The notes beneath the pieces were generated by a model that ran no database searches, was not told the origin of the DNA, and worked only from the letters and a program-made list of their open reading frames with translations. A DNA stretch of 64,000 bases from Flectonema sp. DT1601 (taxonomy: Eukaryota), in the NCBI GenBank assembly GCA_964019425.1, contig OZ025804.1:310001-374000 (forward strand). Reading direction: 5' to 3'. Shown one piece after another: positions 25,201 to 38,900 of this stretch (the stretch's first letter is position 1; each line of letters starts with the position of its first letter). Position numbers and translations under genes: made by a program.

Positions 25201-26362
25201 TTCCTGCCACCTTCCCAAGTGCGGCGAGTAGTTCCGGGTCGTTCATATCTTCTTCATTGACACTGCTGACATCGGATTCGGAGTCTGGTTCTTGTTGTTT
25301 TTCCTGTTGCTGCTGCTTCTGCTGCTGCAGTAAGGCTTCCTTTTCGGCTTCCAACTTCCTCTTTTGCAGCACCAGCTGTTTTGCTTTTGCCACGTCTCCA
25401 GACTTTTTCGCGGCCAGTGCCTGCTGTAATATCGCAGATATTTGTGAAGACAACGCCTGAATGCTGGCAGCTGGATCCTTCGACATTATAGGCTTGCTCG
25501 GTAAGACCAGCTTTGGGTGGAGAATAGAATTTATTTCACCAACGAGGGATGTTTGAGTTGTTGTCAGTGTAACGATCATTTCCTGAGCTGCGGGACCTCG
25601 ACCAGAGGCTACTAAATCTGGAAGGCGGCGATTGATTGCGAGTAACTTCGTTTCAATTTCATATAATTCAGTCATTAAAGCATCTGACTCTGGTATGCGA
25701 GATGATTTCAGTTCTTGTTCTGCTTTCTTTGCAACCGGATTTGATATTTCAACCGGCTGTGTTTTCGGCTTTCCGACCGGAACTGACGCACCAACCTCCA
25801 TCATTAACGCGCGTATTTCTGGATCCTGCATATCAGAGGCAAGTTCCAAAGGATAAGCCTCTAGAAGGTCTTCCCCCTCTCTGAATAATGAAATTCTTTT
25901 ATCAAGGAAGCTTTGTTCTATTGCTGGTTTTGAACGAATTCTTCTTTCGTTTAGTGAAAGTTTTGATGCGAGGGCAGTCTGTTCAGGTGTTCCTTTAAAT
26001 AATGATTTGCACAGCGATATAATATTCGAAAGAGTCGGTTCTTTCTTTTTAATTGTCACCAAGTCTGGAGCGATATCGGCTAAAACACTCATCAGTTCAG
26101 GGTCATTCATATCTGCTGAGGTCACAGAGATGTCGTCGTCCCCATCGTCGATATCATCACCAATATTATCATAGTCGTGGGTGTCAGTAGCTCCAAGATC
26201 ATCATCAGTAAAGTCATTAATGTCTTTGTAGCCGACAACTTCTCCTTTCTCATTAAATATCGGAACTTTAAACATGTTTGGATCCAGCTGAGGTCCTGCT
26301 TCGTCTGTCGCATCTTCCTCACTTCCAACTTCGGCCACCTGCTTTCCATTTTTATTTCCCAT
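22219..26362 (-). CDS. DM14-like repeat (CC2D1/Lgd-type) protein with EF-hand-like motifs
   Basis: Multiple ALxAKxxGDxxxAKxL repeats; DMNDPELL motifs; YDQNKDGFW, YDLTKSGYW and YDVNKDGFW EF-hand-like loops; MGNK start (possible myristoylation). Exons 26362-23039, 22963-22883, 22800-22219. Confidence 0.7.
24606..25292 (-). repeat. Three near-identical ~90-bp intragenic repeats (EPDAESDVSSVNEEDMNDPELLAALGKVAG)
   Basis: Copies at ~24606-24695, ~25053-25142 and ~25203-25292, nearly identical at DNA level and separated by unrelated sequence. Confidence 0.9.
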
Positions 26363-26642
26363 TTTGAATGAGAGAAAGACCTGCATAATTGAAAACTTAA
26401 CTTCGCAATGAACGACACATCAAAAAAATTCTCATCATGGTTGCCGTCATATTCTGATTGGTTCTTTTCTTAGAAAAAATATAATTTTTTTTTTTTTTTT
26501 TTTTCCCGTCTTCGATTTGATACCACACAACATATTGCAGGCAGTAGTTAAAAAAGATACAAAATAAGATCTAATGTCCTAACATTTGTTAAAAAGTAAT
26601 AAGAATGACGGATACAATACGAACTTCGTGCTGTGTAATCAC

Positions 26643-27584
26643 CTACCCTTTTCTAGGCCGTTTGATACTCGCACATTGAGGCCCAGAATTGTATAGCGAG
26701 GCTCTTTTCTTTTCAATTCTCAATATCCTTTCTTGATTCTCTGGGAGATCATAGTCGGGTCCATAGAGAGCAAGGATTTCTTTACCAGGTGGAACCTTTT
26801 TAGTTGTCGTCAGGAATATTCTCTGTTGTACTTGAATAAATAAAGCGTTCACGACACCAGGACGATGGGCACACATTCGTCCTATTTCACTGCAAGGAAA
26901 AACTCCATACCACATGGTTGGGGAATTAACATATCGGAGGAAGGAAGACTTCGTTACGTCTTCGGCGTTTATTAAATGAATTAATTTACGCTCGCCCACA
27001 TCAGAGAGCTTTTGACCCTCGTCGGAGTGGGTGTCCTCTTCGCTTACCCCAAAGAGGTATTTATTATCTACGTGAACTTCTGCATAGCTGCACGGAACAA
27101 TATCACCACAGTACTCACCGACAAAGAAACCCTTAGGAAGTTCTACAGTTGAAAATAATCCTTTGAATTGTTCGGTGACATGACCAGCGGTGTGTAGTTC
27201 TGATTTTCTAACTTCCAAGAAAGGAGGAATGTTTGTCGCAGGAAAGGGACTTGGAAACATTCGAATATATTTCAGAGTACCATATTCTAAGTATGAACAT
27301 GTTACTCTCGAGAGTCTTTCAGGACTGCAGATTTTCCCGATGGCTTTCCAATCAATCTCAACGACTTGTGTGCCAGGTGTATTAGATAAAGTTTCCTTCC
27401 AAACCATATCACGGTCTATCACTACCGTGAAGACTTCAGGTAAACTTTCAATTCTATCTGTCACTGTTCCGTTATTACCTTCGACACATTCAACTATTCT
27501 GCAACGAACGACACCATTATGCCAGTGACTCCCAATGCCTAGTGATTTGAAGCCCGTCATATCTCGTACACACAGCAGAGCCAT
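26643..27584 (-). CDS. SET-domain (lysine methyltransferase-like) protein
   Basis: KGLFS...PKGFFVGEYCG, FLRYVNSP, and IFLTTTKKVPPGKEILALYGPDY. The start codon is inferred. Confidence 0.85.
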   Translation of the reverse strand: MALLCVRDMTGFKSLGIGSHWHNGVVRCRIVECVEGNNGTVTDRIESLPEVFTVVIDRDMVWKETLSNTPGTQVVEIDWKAIGKICSPERLSRVTCSYLEYGTLKYIRMFPSPFPATNIPPFLEVRKSELHTAGHVTEQFKGLFSTVELPKGFFVGEYCGDIVPCSYAEVHVDNKYLFGVSEEDTHSDEGQKLSDVGERKLIHLINAEDVTKSSFLRYVNSPTMWYGVFPCSEIGRMCAHRPGVVNALFIQVQQRIFLTTTKKVPPGKEILALYGPDYDLPENQERILRIEKKRASLYNSGPQCASIKRPRKG

Positions 27585-28249
27585 ATAGATGCATGTGAAG
27601 AGCTTGAATAAAGAATATTGAAAGCAACAAAACAAAAACAAATTAATATACAAAATGACTACTGCTGAATCGGAGCCTGTATGAAAAAAAGAAAAAAAAA
27701 ATTGAAATGCAATACCTGATTTATATACTAAAAAAAAAAAAAAAAAACAACAACGTACATTGATTTTGCTAACTTTAGGTGAGGGGTGCTGATGCTGATG
27801 TGCTGGTTGTTATTATTATTTTTCTTCTTTTTTCTTTTCGTTCTTTTTTTTTTTCTACTACCCATCTTTTTTTTTTAAGTTTATTCTAATTACAAAAAAA
27901 AAAGAGAACGAAAAAAAAAATAATAATAAATTAAAAAAAAAAAAAAAAGCAGGGTGAAATAAGAAAAAAAAAAAAAAAAAAATTGCTATTAAAGGCAACA
28001 ACGAGGCCGTAATAAGATACCATCCTTCGGAAGAGAAACCATCCAAAAAGAGAAGCCTCATAATGTGTTGATCGCAGACAGTAATACTGACGACACAGGA
28101 AATACTATTCCCACTTCACTGTAATAAATAACGGCTCTCAATTTGATGGTAGTTTTTCCGATGTAAAAAAGAAGAAAAAAACAAATATAAAATGGGGGGA
28201 CAAAAAAAAAAGTTCCGACACAGCTACGCAGCACCCGCTCCAGCAGCTC

Positions 28250-30164
28250 CTATTGAGAGGTCACTCCATTCTTCGATAGTTTCTGTGTGGGTGGTTATTG
28301 TTATGTTGGTTCAGATTTCTTTCTTCTCAAGGATGAAGAAAAAAAAAAAAAAAAAAAAAAAAAAGAAACATACCTCAAGATAGGCAGCTTCGGCCTTAAA
28401 GTTGCTGTAGTTCGAAATCTTTTTTATTTGCGCATCGTTGAGCTCTTTGTCGCGAAGGGATGCACACTCCTGAACCTTTTTCTTAGCCGCTTTCATTGAC
28501 TTCACAACATCTGGATAGGATTTGGTTGTAAAGTCTTCTAATGGAAGCTGCTCAGCTAATTCACTGATGTCTTGCTTTGTTCCTTTCGGTGCCTTTTCCT
28601 TCTTTGGCTTTGGTCCGTTTAATAAAATATCTGGAGCACGTCTCTTGCCATCTGTTGGTTTCTGTTCTGGTGCAGAAGTGGCAACGGCTGGAGTTTCCTT
28701 CTCATTTCTCCAGCTGGTGAATGACTCAGAAGTTCTGGTAGTAACACCTGGAGCTGAGTATCCAGTACGTTTGTTTGCTGATAACTGACTTTTAATCGCA
28801 TTTGCGAGTCCAGGATCTCTGCCTGCGGCCCTAAACGTTGCAGCCTTTGGCTTTACAGCTTCTTCAACACTTGCTCTCAGTGGACTTGGGTCCCGTTGTG
28901 GGAATGCCTTGGAACTGTGAGGAAGCCAAACTGCGTCGTACAGTTCAGTGTGGGCTTCTTCGTAGAGCTTCTCACCAGTGTGTTTGTATATACGAAGTTG
29001 ATTAGCAGTCGTCATTCTAGGGTGAGTGGTGCAGCACATGACGTATCTTGAGCAAGGTGACCATGCAAATTTTGTGACGGAGGACATCTGAAACTTTCCA
29101 ATCACAGAAGCAGCTGGATTAGATTTCACTAATGTTGTCCTGTCATAGTTTAGAACGTTACCAGGTAAGTTACCAAATCCACACAATGAAAAGAACCTGC
29201 TGTGAGGAGACCAGTGAACTGTATTCCGAGGAGCGATATCGAAATTGTACAACAGCTCTCCCTTCTCTGAGTACAATGACGCTTTGTTTGAAGGCATGGT
29301 GCCGTACACCAAGGCGAATTCTTTACCGGATTCAGCCCACTTCACGTCGTGAATGGGTGTTCTTCCCGTGTCGATTTGAGTTATTTTCTTGTCTTGGATA
29401 TTAAAGACCATCAGAGTTGTTTCTCCATAGTATGACTTCCCAGATTCATCCAAGTCGAGGGAAGCGTTTAGAAGGGCTGCTGTTCCTTTTCTATTCCAAA
29501 TAACGTTTGCGTCATCCATTCTGAGTTTGTGTTCTAACAATACTTTGTTAAGTTTTGGAATTCTTACCATCTTGATAACTGAAGGAGTCTTATCTCTGTC
29601 GTTTTCTGGAGGAATATGCAACGCGCAGATCACACTAGGAGACGTGTAAGACAAGTGAACTTGATTCCATTTTCCAGGTAATTTCTGAACTGGTTCCTTA
29701 GTCAAGTCTTCATATATGTTAACTCCAGTATGAAGACTGTAGATAACTGTATTTATGTCAGCCTGGTCCCATTCAATGCATGGCCAGGTAGGGTTCCACT
29801 GATTGCTGAGTAGCTCTTTAGTAGTGACGTTGTAAATTAAAAGATTTTCTTTGCGACTTTCCATCTCTGGTGCTTTCCAGATTGCTACGTACGTACCTTT
29901 GTGTGATAGTTTCAGTCCCATAACTTTTTCTACTTGAACTGAGAGAACAAGATCACCTGTGCAAGTGAACACTTCGACCTTTCCACTTTTTCTTCCCCAA
30001 GTTGCGATGTGATTTCCGATAGTGTCGTGGGTCATGTAATCAATGCCGGCTGATTTAAAATCTGTCTTTGCTGTCTTTTCATTTGTTAAATCGAATTCCA
30101 ACATCCCACATCCCTCCCTCGCCCTATATCCAATCCGTATGCTTTTTGTTGCCTCCGCCGACAT
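28250..30164 (-). CDS. EIF2A: Eukaryotic translation initiation factor 2A
   Basis: DESGKSYYGETTL, PIHDVKW, FALVYGTMP, PRNTVHWSP, GFGNLPG and TTHPRM motifs. Exons 30164-28374 and 28282-28250. Confidence 0.93.
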
Positions 30165-30631
30165 TTTCTTTTATATATTTGATATCTGTGTTGAGTTATG
30201 TATTAATTTTCTTATTGTCTTCCCTCACTATCTCTGCGCCACTGGTTCAGTAACAGCAGTTATCAAGTAAAGTAAACCATTTTTCTGGAATCACCTTCAT
30301 GAGGATCGTAGCAATGTGTAAAGTCAATAAAAAAAAAAAATCGAATATTTATTGCTTCGGTGATAATATATTTTCATTTTTTTTAAAATCAAGTCTCATC
30401 ATAGAACAGAATGAGAAACCAACAAACAGGAACTATGTGCCAACATTCTTTTTTCATTGTTGGCTCGTACTAAAAAAGAAAACCGAATAAAAATAAGAAA
30501 GAAAAAAAAGGTTAGACAGCCAAGGTCAAGACTGATTGAAAAAAAAAAAAAAAAAAAAAGTAATTTCCGCAAAACCACTGAACTGCACAGTGTGAGAAAT
30601 TCATAGGGATAGTACGCGATTATTTATTAAG

Positions 30632-32269
30632 TTAAAACCCCCTTCGTATCGAGTCTGATAGGCCACCTGACTCGCTGGGACATTTAAAGAGTGCCGCGGC
30701 TCTGGTGATGGCTTCAGCATCTTGGATAGAGATTCCCATTTCACTGAGACAGTCTTTAGTCAGCTGATCTAAAACAGAAATATCAACACCTTCTTCAATA
30801 AGTAATTGCCTTGCTGAATCTGATACGCCATGTGTTCTAAGGAGGTCACCAAAGTCTTCATCAGAAATATCAAAACTCTGATCTCCCAAAGTTGCAGGAG
30901 GACCCTTAATTCCTTCCCCATCTAAGTCACTAAAACTGAACGGAGATGCCTCAATGGGTGAGTGTGCTAAGATTCGAAGACGACTGGTTTCGCCGTGGTC
31001 AGCACCCAGAAGTTCGAAAACCATTTGGTATGCCTTCTGGTAATAAATACTACTCTCATCACCTTCGGTGTGTTCGGCTAACTTTTCAGCTATCGCTGCT
31101 TTTTGCAGAGTTGCTGATGAATCATTTTCTGTACCATGTAACAATGAAAGCAGAATAGCTTTACCGTGATCTCCATCTTCTGCTTTTCCTGTGCTGAGTA
31201 GTAGACCAGCATGTTCAGTTTTAGCACGAGAAGTTTCGATATGAGAATCTCCCAGAGTAACTGTAAAGTCTAACACAGCTCTGTGAAGGAGTTCAACATC
31301 TTTTGTTAGAAGTCCGATTGTTACTAAAGTTCGGGTTGTGTCGGGATGCGTGCGGCCAAGATCTGCTTCTCTTGCTGATAAAATAAATTTTAATTCTGAT
31401 AACGCGGCGTCAGTGTCTCCAGTGTCGGAGTACAACTCAGCCAGAGAAGAGCGTGTTTGAAGAGTTTCTTTGTGAGACTTTCCCAGAAGATCTTCTCTTA
31501 TCACGAGTGCATTATTTAAATGAGACATCGCTGAATCAAAGTCACCCTTCCTACGAAGAACGTCACCGAGATTGTGACGAGTAGTCGCAGTCGATCGATG
31601 TTGTTCTCCAAATAATTTTATTTTACCACTCAAGGAACTCATATATTCTTCTTCTGCTTTACTCACATCACCAAGAGCGCTATGCATGGCTGCTATGTTA
31701 TTTGATGCCATGACAGCAGATTGTTTGTCTGCAATGTCGTTAAATAATTGTCTCGCTCGTTCATATTCTCCCAAAGCTTTTTTATGATTTCCCATTACAG
31801 ATAGAGCCGTGGCGATATTATTTGTGGTGACAGCGATGCCTTTGATGTCGTTGAGGCCTTGCAATACCTCTAATCCTCTGGTCCAAATCTGTTTTTTTTT
31901 TTTTTTTTGCTTGTCGTTCGTTGTTATTGTTTTGTAGATAGAAATCAACTATACCTCGACAGCTATGTCATTTTGTCCAATACGAGCTCTCATCGCAGCC
32001 ATGTTATTGAGTATTGTAACTCTGGTACAACAATCAGCATCATCAGAGAGAGTATTAATAGCCTTAGAATACTGCTCTAATGCTCCATGGAAATCCCCAG
32101 TAGCGGCATTACCACGTGCGATACCACACAAAGCTTCGATGTAGTATTTTGAGGTACCGCTTTCACACAAACTGAGTATAACTTCCCATTGTTTTGAAGC
32201 CCCAACAAAATCAGATTGATTACCAAGCGCTACCGCATTTCGTACTACATCGTCAATGGTAATGGTCAT
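30632..32269 (-). CDS. TPR (kinesin-light-chain/TPR_12-type) repeat protein with a C-terminal SAM-like domain
   Basis: TPRs such as GEQHRSTATTRHNLGDVLRRKGDFDSA; C-terminal LIEEGVDISVLDQLTKDCLSEMGIS is SAM-like. Exons 32269-31955 and 31888-30632. Confidence 0.85.
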
Positions 32270-32936
32270 GGAGGCATCAGCTGTGAAGGCTAAAGAAAAA
32301 TAATAAAACTTTTAGGAAGGAGCAGTCACCACACAATATAAAGTCAATTCCCTTTATCCAACTGCGATAGAAGTATGGACAATTGTGGAGCTGAGGTATT
32401 ATATAAGGAAAAAAAAAAAAAAAAAAAACTAAACAAAACAAACAAGCTGCCTTATCGAGGCTCAGAAACGTACCGTGACGGTAATCTGGGTACAGATGTC
32501 ATCAAAGAAATTGCCCTATGTCTCTGCATAGAGAAGGTAGAAAGAATCAAAATAAAGTAAAGCGTGGTAACGTACCTCAAAAATATAAACATATTTTCCC
32601 TTCTTCCTTCAGTGCCTAGAAGGGGTACAGTGGTAGTTTTTTTTTTTTTTTTCCCCCATCAATACAACAAAAAATCGAAAATAATATCATGGAGGGACTC
32701 GAACTTGATGCAGATTAGGTTTATCGGCTACCCTAATCAAAGATCTGTCAGCCTATTAGCAAGAATAACTGGGTTAGGAACTGCCTTCCTCAATGGAAAG
32801 GCCTAATCCGCTGGTAGGATACGACAGCGATAGCTGTCTTCACAGACGTTGGTAAGAATACTAACATTTTCGAAGAAACAAAAAAAAAAATAAAAATTAA
32901 AAATAAAAATAAATAAAAATAGCCAGAAAGCTACAC

Positions 32937-35900
32937 TTAAATATTCTCATTTGAAGGTTCTGCTGTGTCACCAGATGGTGACGCATCATGTGGCCTGAGT
33001 GGATTGAGATCAGCAAATGGAATATGCTGTTGAACAGATGGTTGTGATGCCGGAGTAATCTCCGAGTCATTACGCACACCAACTATTGAATGGGTTTGAT
33101 CATCAGTTTGTGTAACAGACTCTGAAGACTTACTCGAGGTGTCTAGTTTTTCATAACCCATTTCTACATCTCTATTTTCAATTTTTAAATCATCTTCCGA
33201 ATCGCTGCTGTCAGAAACTTCGTCGCTAAACTTCTTAAACTGCGGACTCGAAGATAAATAACTAAAGAAAGACTGCATCTCTTCTTGATGATATTTCACT
33301 ATAATGTTAACCACAAAGTCACAAGAGATAAAGCTACTTAATATAACCTTCTTTTCAGACGCTAATCTAGATGTAAACAGTCGAGCATCAAAGCTGTCGA
33401 GTGAACGAGAGACAGACGAAGGGTCTAAGCGAATGAAGTTTTTAATAGAAGCGATGGCTTCATTTCTACCCCGTTTGGCGATGTCATTTTCACGAGTTTG
33501 GAGAGGAGCAGCTCCAAGAGGAGGGTCAAGGATTTGTTCTGTTTTAATAATCCTGACTTGCATAAAAATTGATCTCTCTAAACTCTGAAAGAAAGCACCC
33601 GTATACGTGGTTTTCACAATCTTTTTAAAACAACCCATTAATAACAAAAGTTGATATGCAGTTAGATTTGCTAAGTCTGACGTCACACATTCAAACGTGT
33701 CTGAATCATGATTGTCGAGCTCCTGAATTATACGATCCTTTGTTTTGGGTTCAGGAGGTTCACTTAGAAGAGAATCTAACTTACCATACCATAATAGTCT
33801 TAGAAATAATGGACATAATCCGTGTCGGGATCTTGGAGATTTGACCACTTCTCTAAGGTTGAATGATGTCATCTTAGCAGCCATTAGTAGAAACAATCGA
33901 TAGCCAGTCGTAATCTTAAGCTCTCCAAGAAGGAATTCAACGACTTGAATAAACCTCGCTCTTCCTTTAAATATTTTTATTAATATTTGAATCATTTTAC
34001 CGTTGTATTTTTGTTGACACAATGATAAGATTTCAGTTTCTATTTCAGGTGTCAGTGTGATTCCAGGATCAACTAAACCACCAGCAGAACTTTGTTTAGG
34101 AGAAGGAAACCTTACTGTTTGTTTTAATTTCTTAACTACTCTGTCAGCTGGCATATCAGTCACTTCATGAAGATGGATTATTTCGTCTTTACATCCTGTT
34201 AACAAATTCGTCATTAACATCACCAAACGATGTCTAATCGCCGGAAGCATAAACGCAGAATCAAAAATATGATAAACAGCTTCTGTAGTAATATCACGAG
34301 AAGCGGCCTCAAAGACGTTTGAAATTACCTGATTGGTAGATGTTTGTGTGTGTTATTTTTTTTCTTCTTTATAATAAGATAAACAAATGCCGTGAACCAG
34401 AGGAAGAAGTAATCAGTAGACTCATCAAGTATAATATTCTGATATATCAACAGCAGCAGTTCTGAGAAGACCGCAGAATACTTTATCATCATTTTAGTTA
34501 TGAGGTGGCTATCGTACTGAGGTTACCAACTGTTCTCAAAATGCACAAGTCTTCCATCCATGTAGGGGTTCGAGACGTATATTTGTTACGTCACAACCAG
34601 GACAGTTGAAATGGTTTGACTACTGGAGATGAATTGAATCAGATCTCCCATCCATGTAGGGGTTCGAGACGTATATTTGAACTGACGTAACAACCAGGAA
34701 GGTGAAATGGTTTGATAAGAATAGTTTGTAAGCAGTTAAAGCAGCTTTGAGGATTGGGTTTGACAGGAACTAATTTAGTTGCAGGCAACTACAACACAAA
34801 TGGGTGACAAGAATAGAGAACAACAATACTTATCAGTAGACTCATCAAGTATAATATTCTGATATATCAACAGCAGCAGTTCTGAGAAGACCGCAGAATA
34901 CTTTATCATCATTTTAGTTATGAGGTGGCTATCGTACTGAGGTTACCAACTGTTCTCAAAATGCACAAGTCTTCCATCCATGTAGGGGTTCGAGACGTAT
35001 ATTTGTTACGTCACAACCAGGACAGTTGAAATGGTTTGACTACTGGAGATGAATTGAATCAGATCTCCCATCCATGTAGGGGTTCGAGACGTATATTTGA
35101 ACTGACGTAACAACCAGGAAGGTGAAATGGTTTGATAAGAATAGTTTGTAAGCAGTTAAAGCAGCTTTGAGGATTGGGTTTGACAGGAACTAATTTAGTT
35201 GCAGGCAACTACAACACAAATGGGTGACAAGAATAGAGAACAACAATACTTATCAGTAGACTCATCAAGTATAATATTCTGATATATCAACAGCAGCAGT
35301 TCTGAGAAGACCGCAGAATACTTTATCATCATTTTAGTTATGAGGTGGCTATCGTACTGAGGTTACCAACTGTTCTAGAAATGCACAAGTCTCCCATCCA
35401 TGTAGGGGTTCGAGACGTATATTTGAACTGACGTAACAACCAGGAAGGTGAAATGGTTTGATAAGAATAGTTTGTAAGCAGTTAAAGCAGCTTTGAAGAT
35501 TGGGTTTGACAGGAACTAATTTAGTTGCAGGCAACTACAACACAAATGGGTGACAAGAATAGAGAACAACAATACTTATCAGTAGACTCATCAAGTATAA
35601 TATTCTGATATATCAACAGCAGCAGTTCTGAGAAGACCGCAGAATACTTTATCATCATTTTAGTTATGAGGTGGCTATCGTACTGAGGTTACCAACTGTT
35701 CTCGAAATGCACAAGTCTTCCATCCATGTAGGGGTTCGAGACGTATATTTGTTACGTCACAACCAGGACAGTTGAAATGGTTTGACTACTGGAGACGAAT
35801 TGAATCAGATCTCCCATCCATGTAGGGGTTCGAGACGTATATTTGAACTGACGTAACAACCAGGAAGGTGAAATGGTTTGATAAGAATAGTTTGTAAGCA

Positions 35901-38900
35901 GTTAAAGCAGCTTTGAGGATTGGGTTTGACAGGAACTAATTTAGATGCAGGCAACTACAACACAAATGGGTGACAAGAATAGAGAACAACAATACTTATC
36001 AGTAGACTCATCAAGTATAATATTCTGATATATCAACAGCAGCAGTTCTGAGAAGACCGCAGAATACTTTATCATCATTTTAGTTATGAGGTGGCTATCG
36101 TACTGAGGTTACCAACTGTTCTCAAAATGCACAAGTCTTCCATCCATGTAGGGGTTCGAGACGTATATTTGTTACGTCACAACCAGGACAGTTGAAATGG
36201 TTTGACTACTGGAGATGAATTGAATCAGATCTCCCATCCATGTAGGGGTTCGAGACGTATATTTGAACTGACGTAACAACCAGGAAGGTGAAATGGTTTG
36301 ATAAGAATAGTTTGTAAGCAGTTAAAGCAGCTTTGAGGATTGGGTTTGACAGGAACTAATTTAGTTGCAGGCAACTACAACACAAATGGGTGACAAGAAT
36401 AGAGAACAACAATACTTATCAGTAGACTCATCAAGTATAATATTCTGATATATCAACAGCAGCAGTTCTGAGAAGACCGCAGAATACTTTATCATCATTT
36501 TAGTTATGAGGTGGCTATCGTACTGAGGTTACCAACTGTTCTAGAAATGCACAAGTCTCCCATCCATGTAGGGGTTCGAGACGTATATTTGAACTGACGT
36601 AACAACCAGGAAGGTGAAATGGTTTGATAAGAATAGTTTGTAAGCAGTTAAAGCAGCTTTGAAGATTGGGTTTGACAGGAACTAATTTAGTTGCAGGCAA
36701 CTACAACACAAATGGGTGACAAGAATAGAGAACAACAATACTTATCAGTAGACTCATCAAGTATAATATTCTGATATATCAACAGCAGCAGTTCTGAGAA
36801 GACCGCAGAATACTTTATCATCATTTTAGTTATGAGGTGGCTATCGTACTGAGGTTACCAACTGTTCTCGAAATGCACAAGTCTTCCATCCATGTAGGGG
36901 TTCGAGACGTATATTTGTTACGTCATACTAATTAAAGTAAAAGAAAACGATACATACTTTCTCACCGGCAAGTTCACGTATTTGGTGCAATAGTAATGCG
37001 AGTTCATTAGCAGTTAGAGCTCCAGTAAGTCGAAGGATTTGTTCATCGTTGCAGACTGTGTGTTTATATTCATCATCTGTCTCATCGAGATCTCTCTGAA
37101 GATCATCATCAGATAAGTTAATTGAAAGAGATACGAATCTGTCAATCATCTGATCTCCCCAAGAATGAAATCCAGCATCAGCATAGCACTCTTTACTACC
37201 TGGAGTCAGATGCTCAAGTGCTTTATCGAATACTCTTCTGTTATAGGTATTAGCGATAAGTTTGAGTAATCGACTAATCATTTCTTCGAGTTGTAATTTA
37301 TCTAAAGCCATGCTTTTCTGGATCAGTGAACGATATCCAAGCATCGATCGTAGAGCAGATTCAGATCTTCTCTTGACGTTCATTCCCTTGTAGTCTTTCA
37401 TTCGTGATACGATCTTTTCTCTGTCTTCGTAGTTGAATATTAAATTCGCATCAAATGATGTAATCTCATCTGTGAGCATGTCGAATACTCTTCCTGAATA
37501 ACTGTTTCCGAATGAACTTTTAATTCCTGACATGACCATCTTAATTCCCTTTTCGTTGCACAGCTTGACGTCGTCGACAAACTTTGCATCACCGCCGACT
37601 ATATTTTGAATTTTTTTAACGATGGCACTCTTAGACATGTTATTAATTTCAACTTGTGTAAAACCTCGAGTTGCCATAACAAACTTTTCTTGATTCTTAA
37701 CAGAATGAAGCAAACTTAAAAGTTGAGGAAAGTTTTGCAAAGCGTTTCTACCTGGTTGGTAGTCAGCCTCAGTCATCTTTGCTGGAGCTTTTTTAGATTC
37801 CGGAGGTGGGTTTCTGTTGCGCAAAAATGTGTCCAGCATTCGTCTTCCAAGAGAACCCTTTCTAAGTTTTGAAATTATAGCGACGAGGGCTTGATGTGGT
37901 TTCTCAGCTAAGTTACTGCGGGCAGATTCAGGAAAAACTGACAAAAGTTCTTTTTTGTCGAGTAAGTGCTCAGGAAATCTACTCGTAAGTTCATCAACTG
38001 CAGATATTAATTCACAGCGGAGATCATCATCTCTATTAAGGAAGAGGTCTAAGTCCATGTCGGCGGTACTGTCAGAAACAGCTTTCATGAGTTCGAGAGT
38101 AGGACTTGTTTCGATAAATATTTTTGATGCTCTTTTTAACATGCTTCTTACTTTACTTTCGTTCATAGATTTTAGTCGTTCCTTCATTGTACGACATCCA
38201 CATGCTGCTACTAAACTTTTGAATTGTGTAGATGCTGGTAGTGATGCCAATTTACGAACCTCACTTTGAAACATATCAATATGCTCTCTGCTGTCAACGA
38301 AATCAAGAGCTGAGAGACCACCTAACTTATCTAAGGCTTCTTCAAACTGACAAAACAATTCCACAGAACACATTTTACCAACTGACTCCATCGTAAGTCG
38401 GTATGGCTGCTCAGCTAATTGCTGTTTAAATAATCTACCACATCCTTTAGCTACAGACATTAGTTCGGTGTAATTAATCTGCCAAGGGTCACATTTCAAT
38501 CCCATGTTTTCAATTTGACTTAAGAATCCTCGTCTTTTTCCAACATCTTTAATTGTCTCTAAAAAGTCCGAAGGGATTAACTTATCGAGACTATAAGGGT
38601 TGAGTTGAAGGCCATCTCTTGCTGCTGCTATGACATTGCCGCCGGTGTCGAAAGCATCAGCGATGTCAACCATGGTAAATACTTTAACTGCAGCAGCTCC
38701 AAGTCGGGTCTTTGTTGCTGTTTCTTCTGCTTTTTTGCGAACTTTTTCCACGACTCCGCCCAGTTCGTCGTCAACTTTTTTAACCAACTTCAGTAAAGAA
38801 GAAGCCTGTTGGGAAGTCGGGTCCTTAAGTGCCGCTAGTATGGTTTCTGAGTTGAGGTTTTCGAGTCCCAGAGTTTCCATTTTTTTGACCAGCTCTGGTT

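Noticed and set aside
32690..32760. tRNA-like GTTCGAGTCC on the minus strand (similar motif at ~21945-21965)
   Set aside because: The T-arm and acceptor stems do not pair, so no cloverleaf forms.
34565..34577. Pol III B-box-like GGTTCGAGAC in each repeat module (tRNA-derived SINE)
   Set aside because: The match is imperfect, and there is no clear A-box or cloverleaf. Not excluded, but unsupported.
34412..34832. Hammerhead ribozyme (retrozyme), SL RNA or 5S rRNA as the repeat unit
   Set aside because: I found no CUGANGA...GAAA core on either strand and no recognisable SL exon or 5S sequence. A covariance-model search would be needed to exclude other ribozymes.
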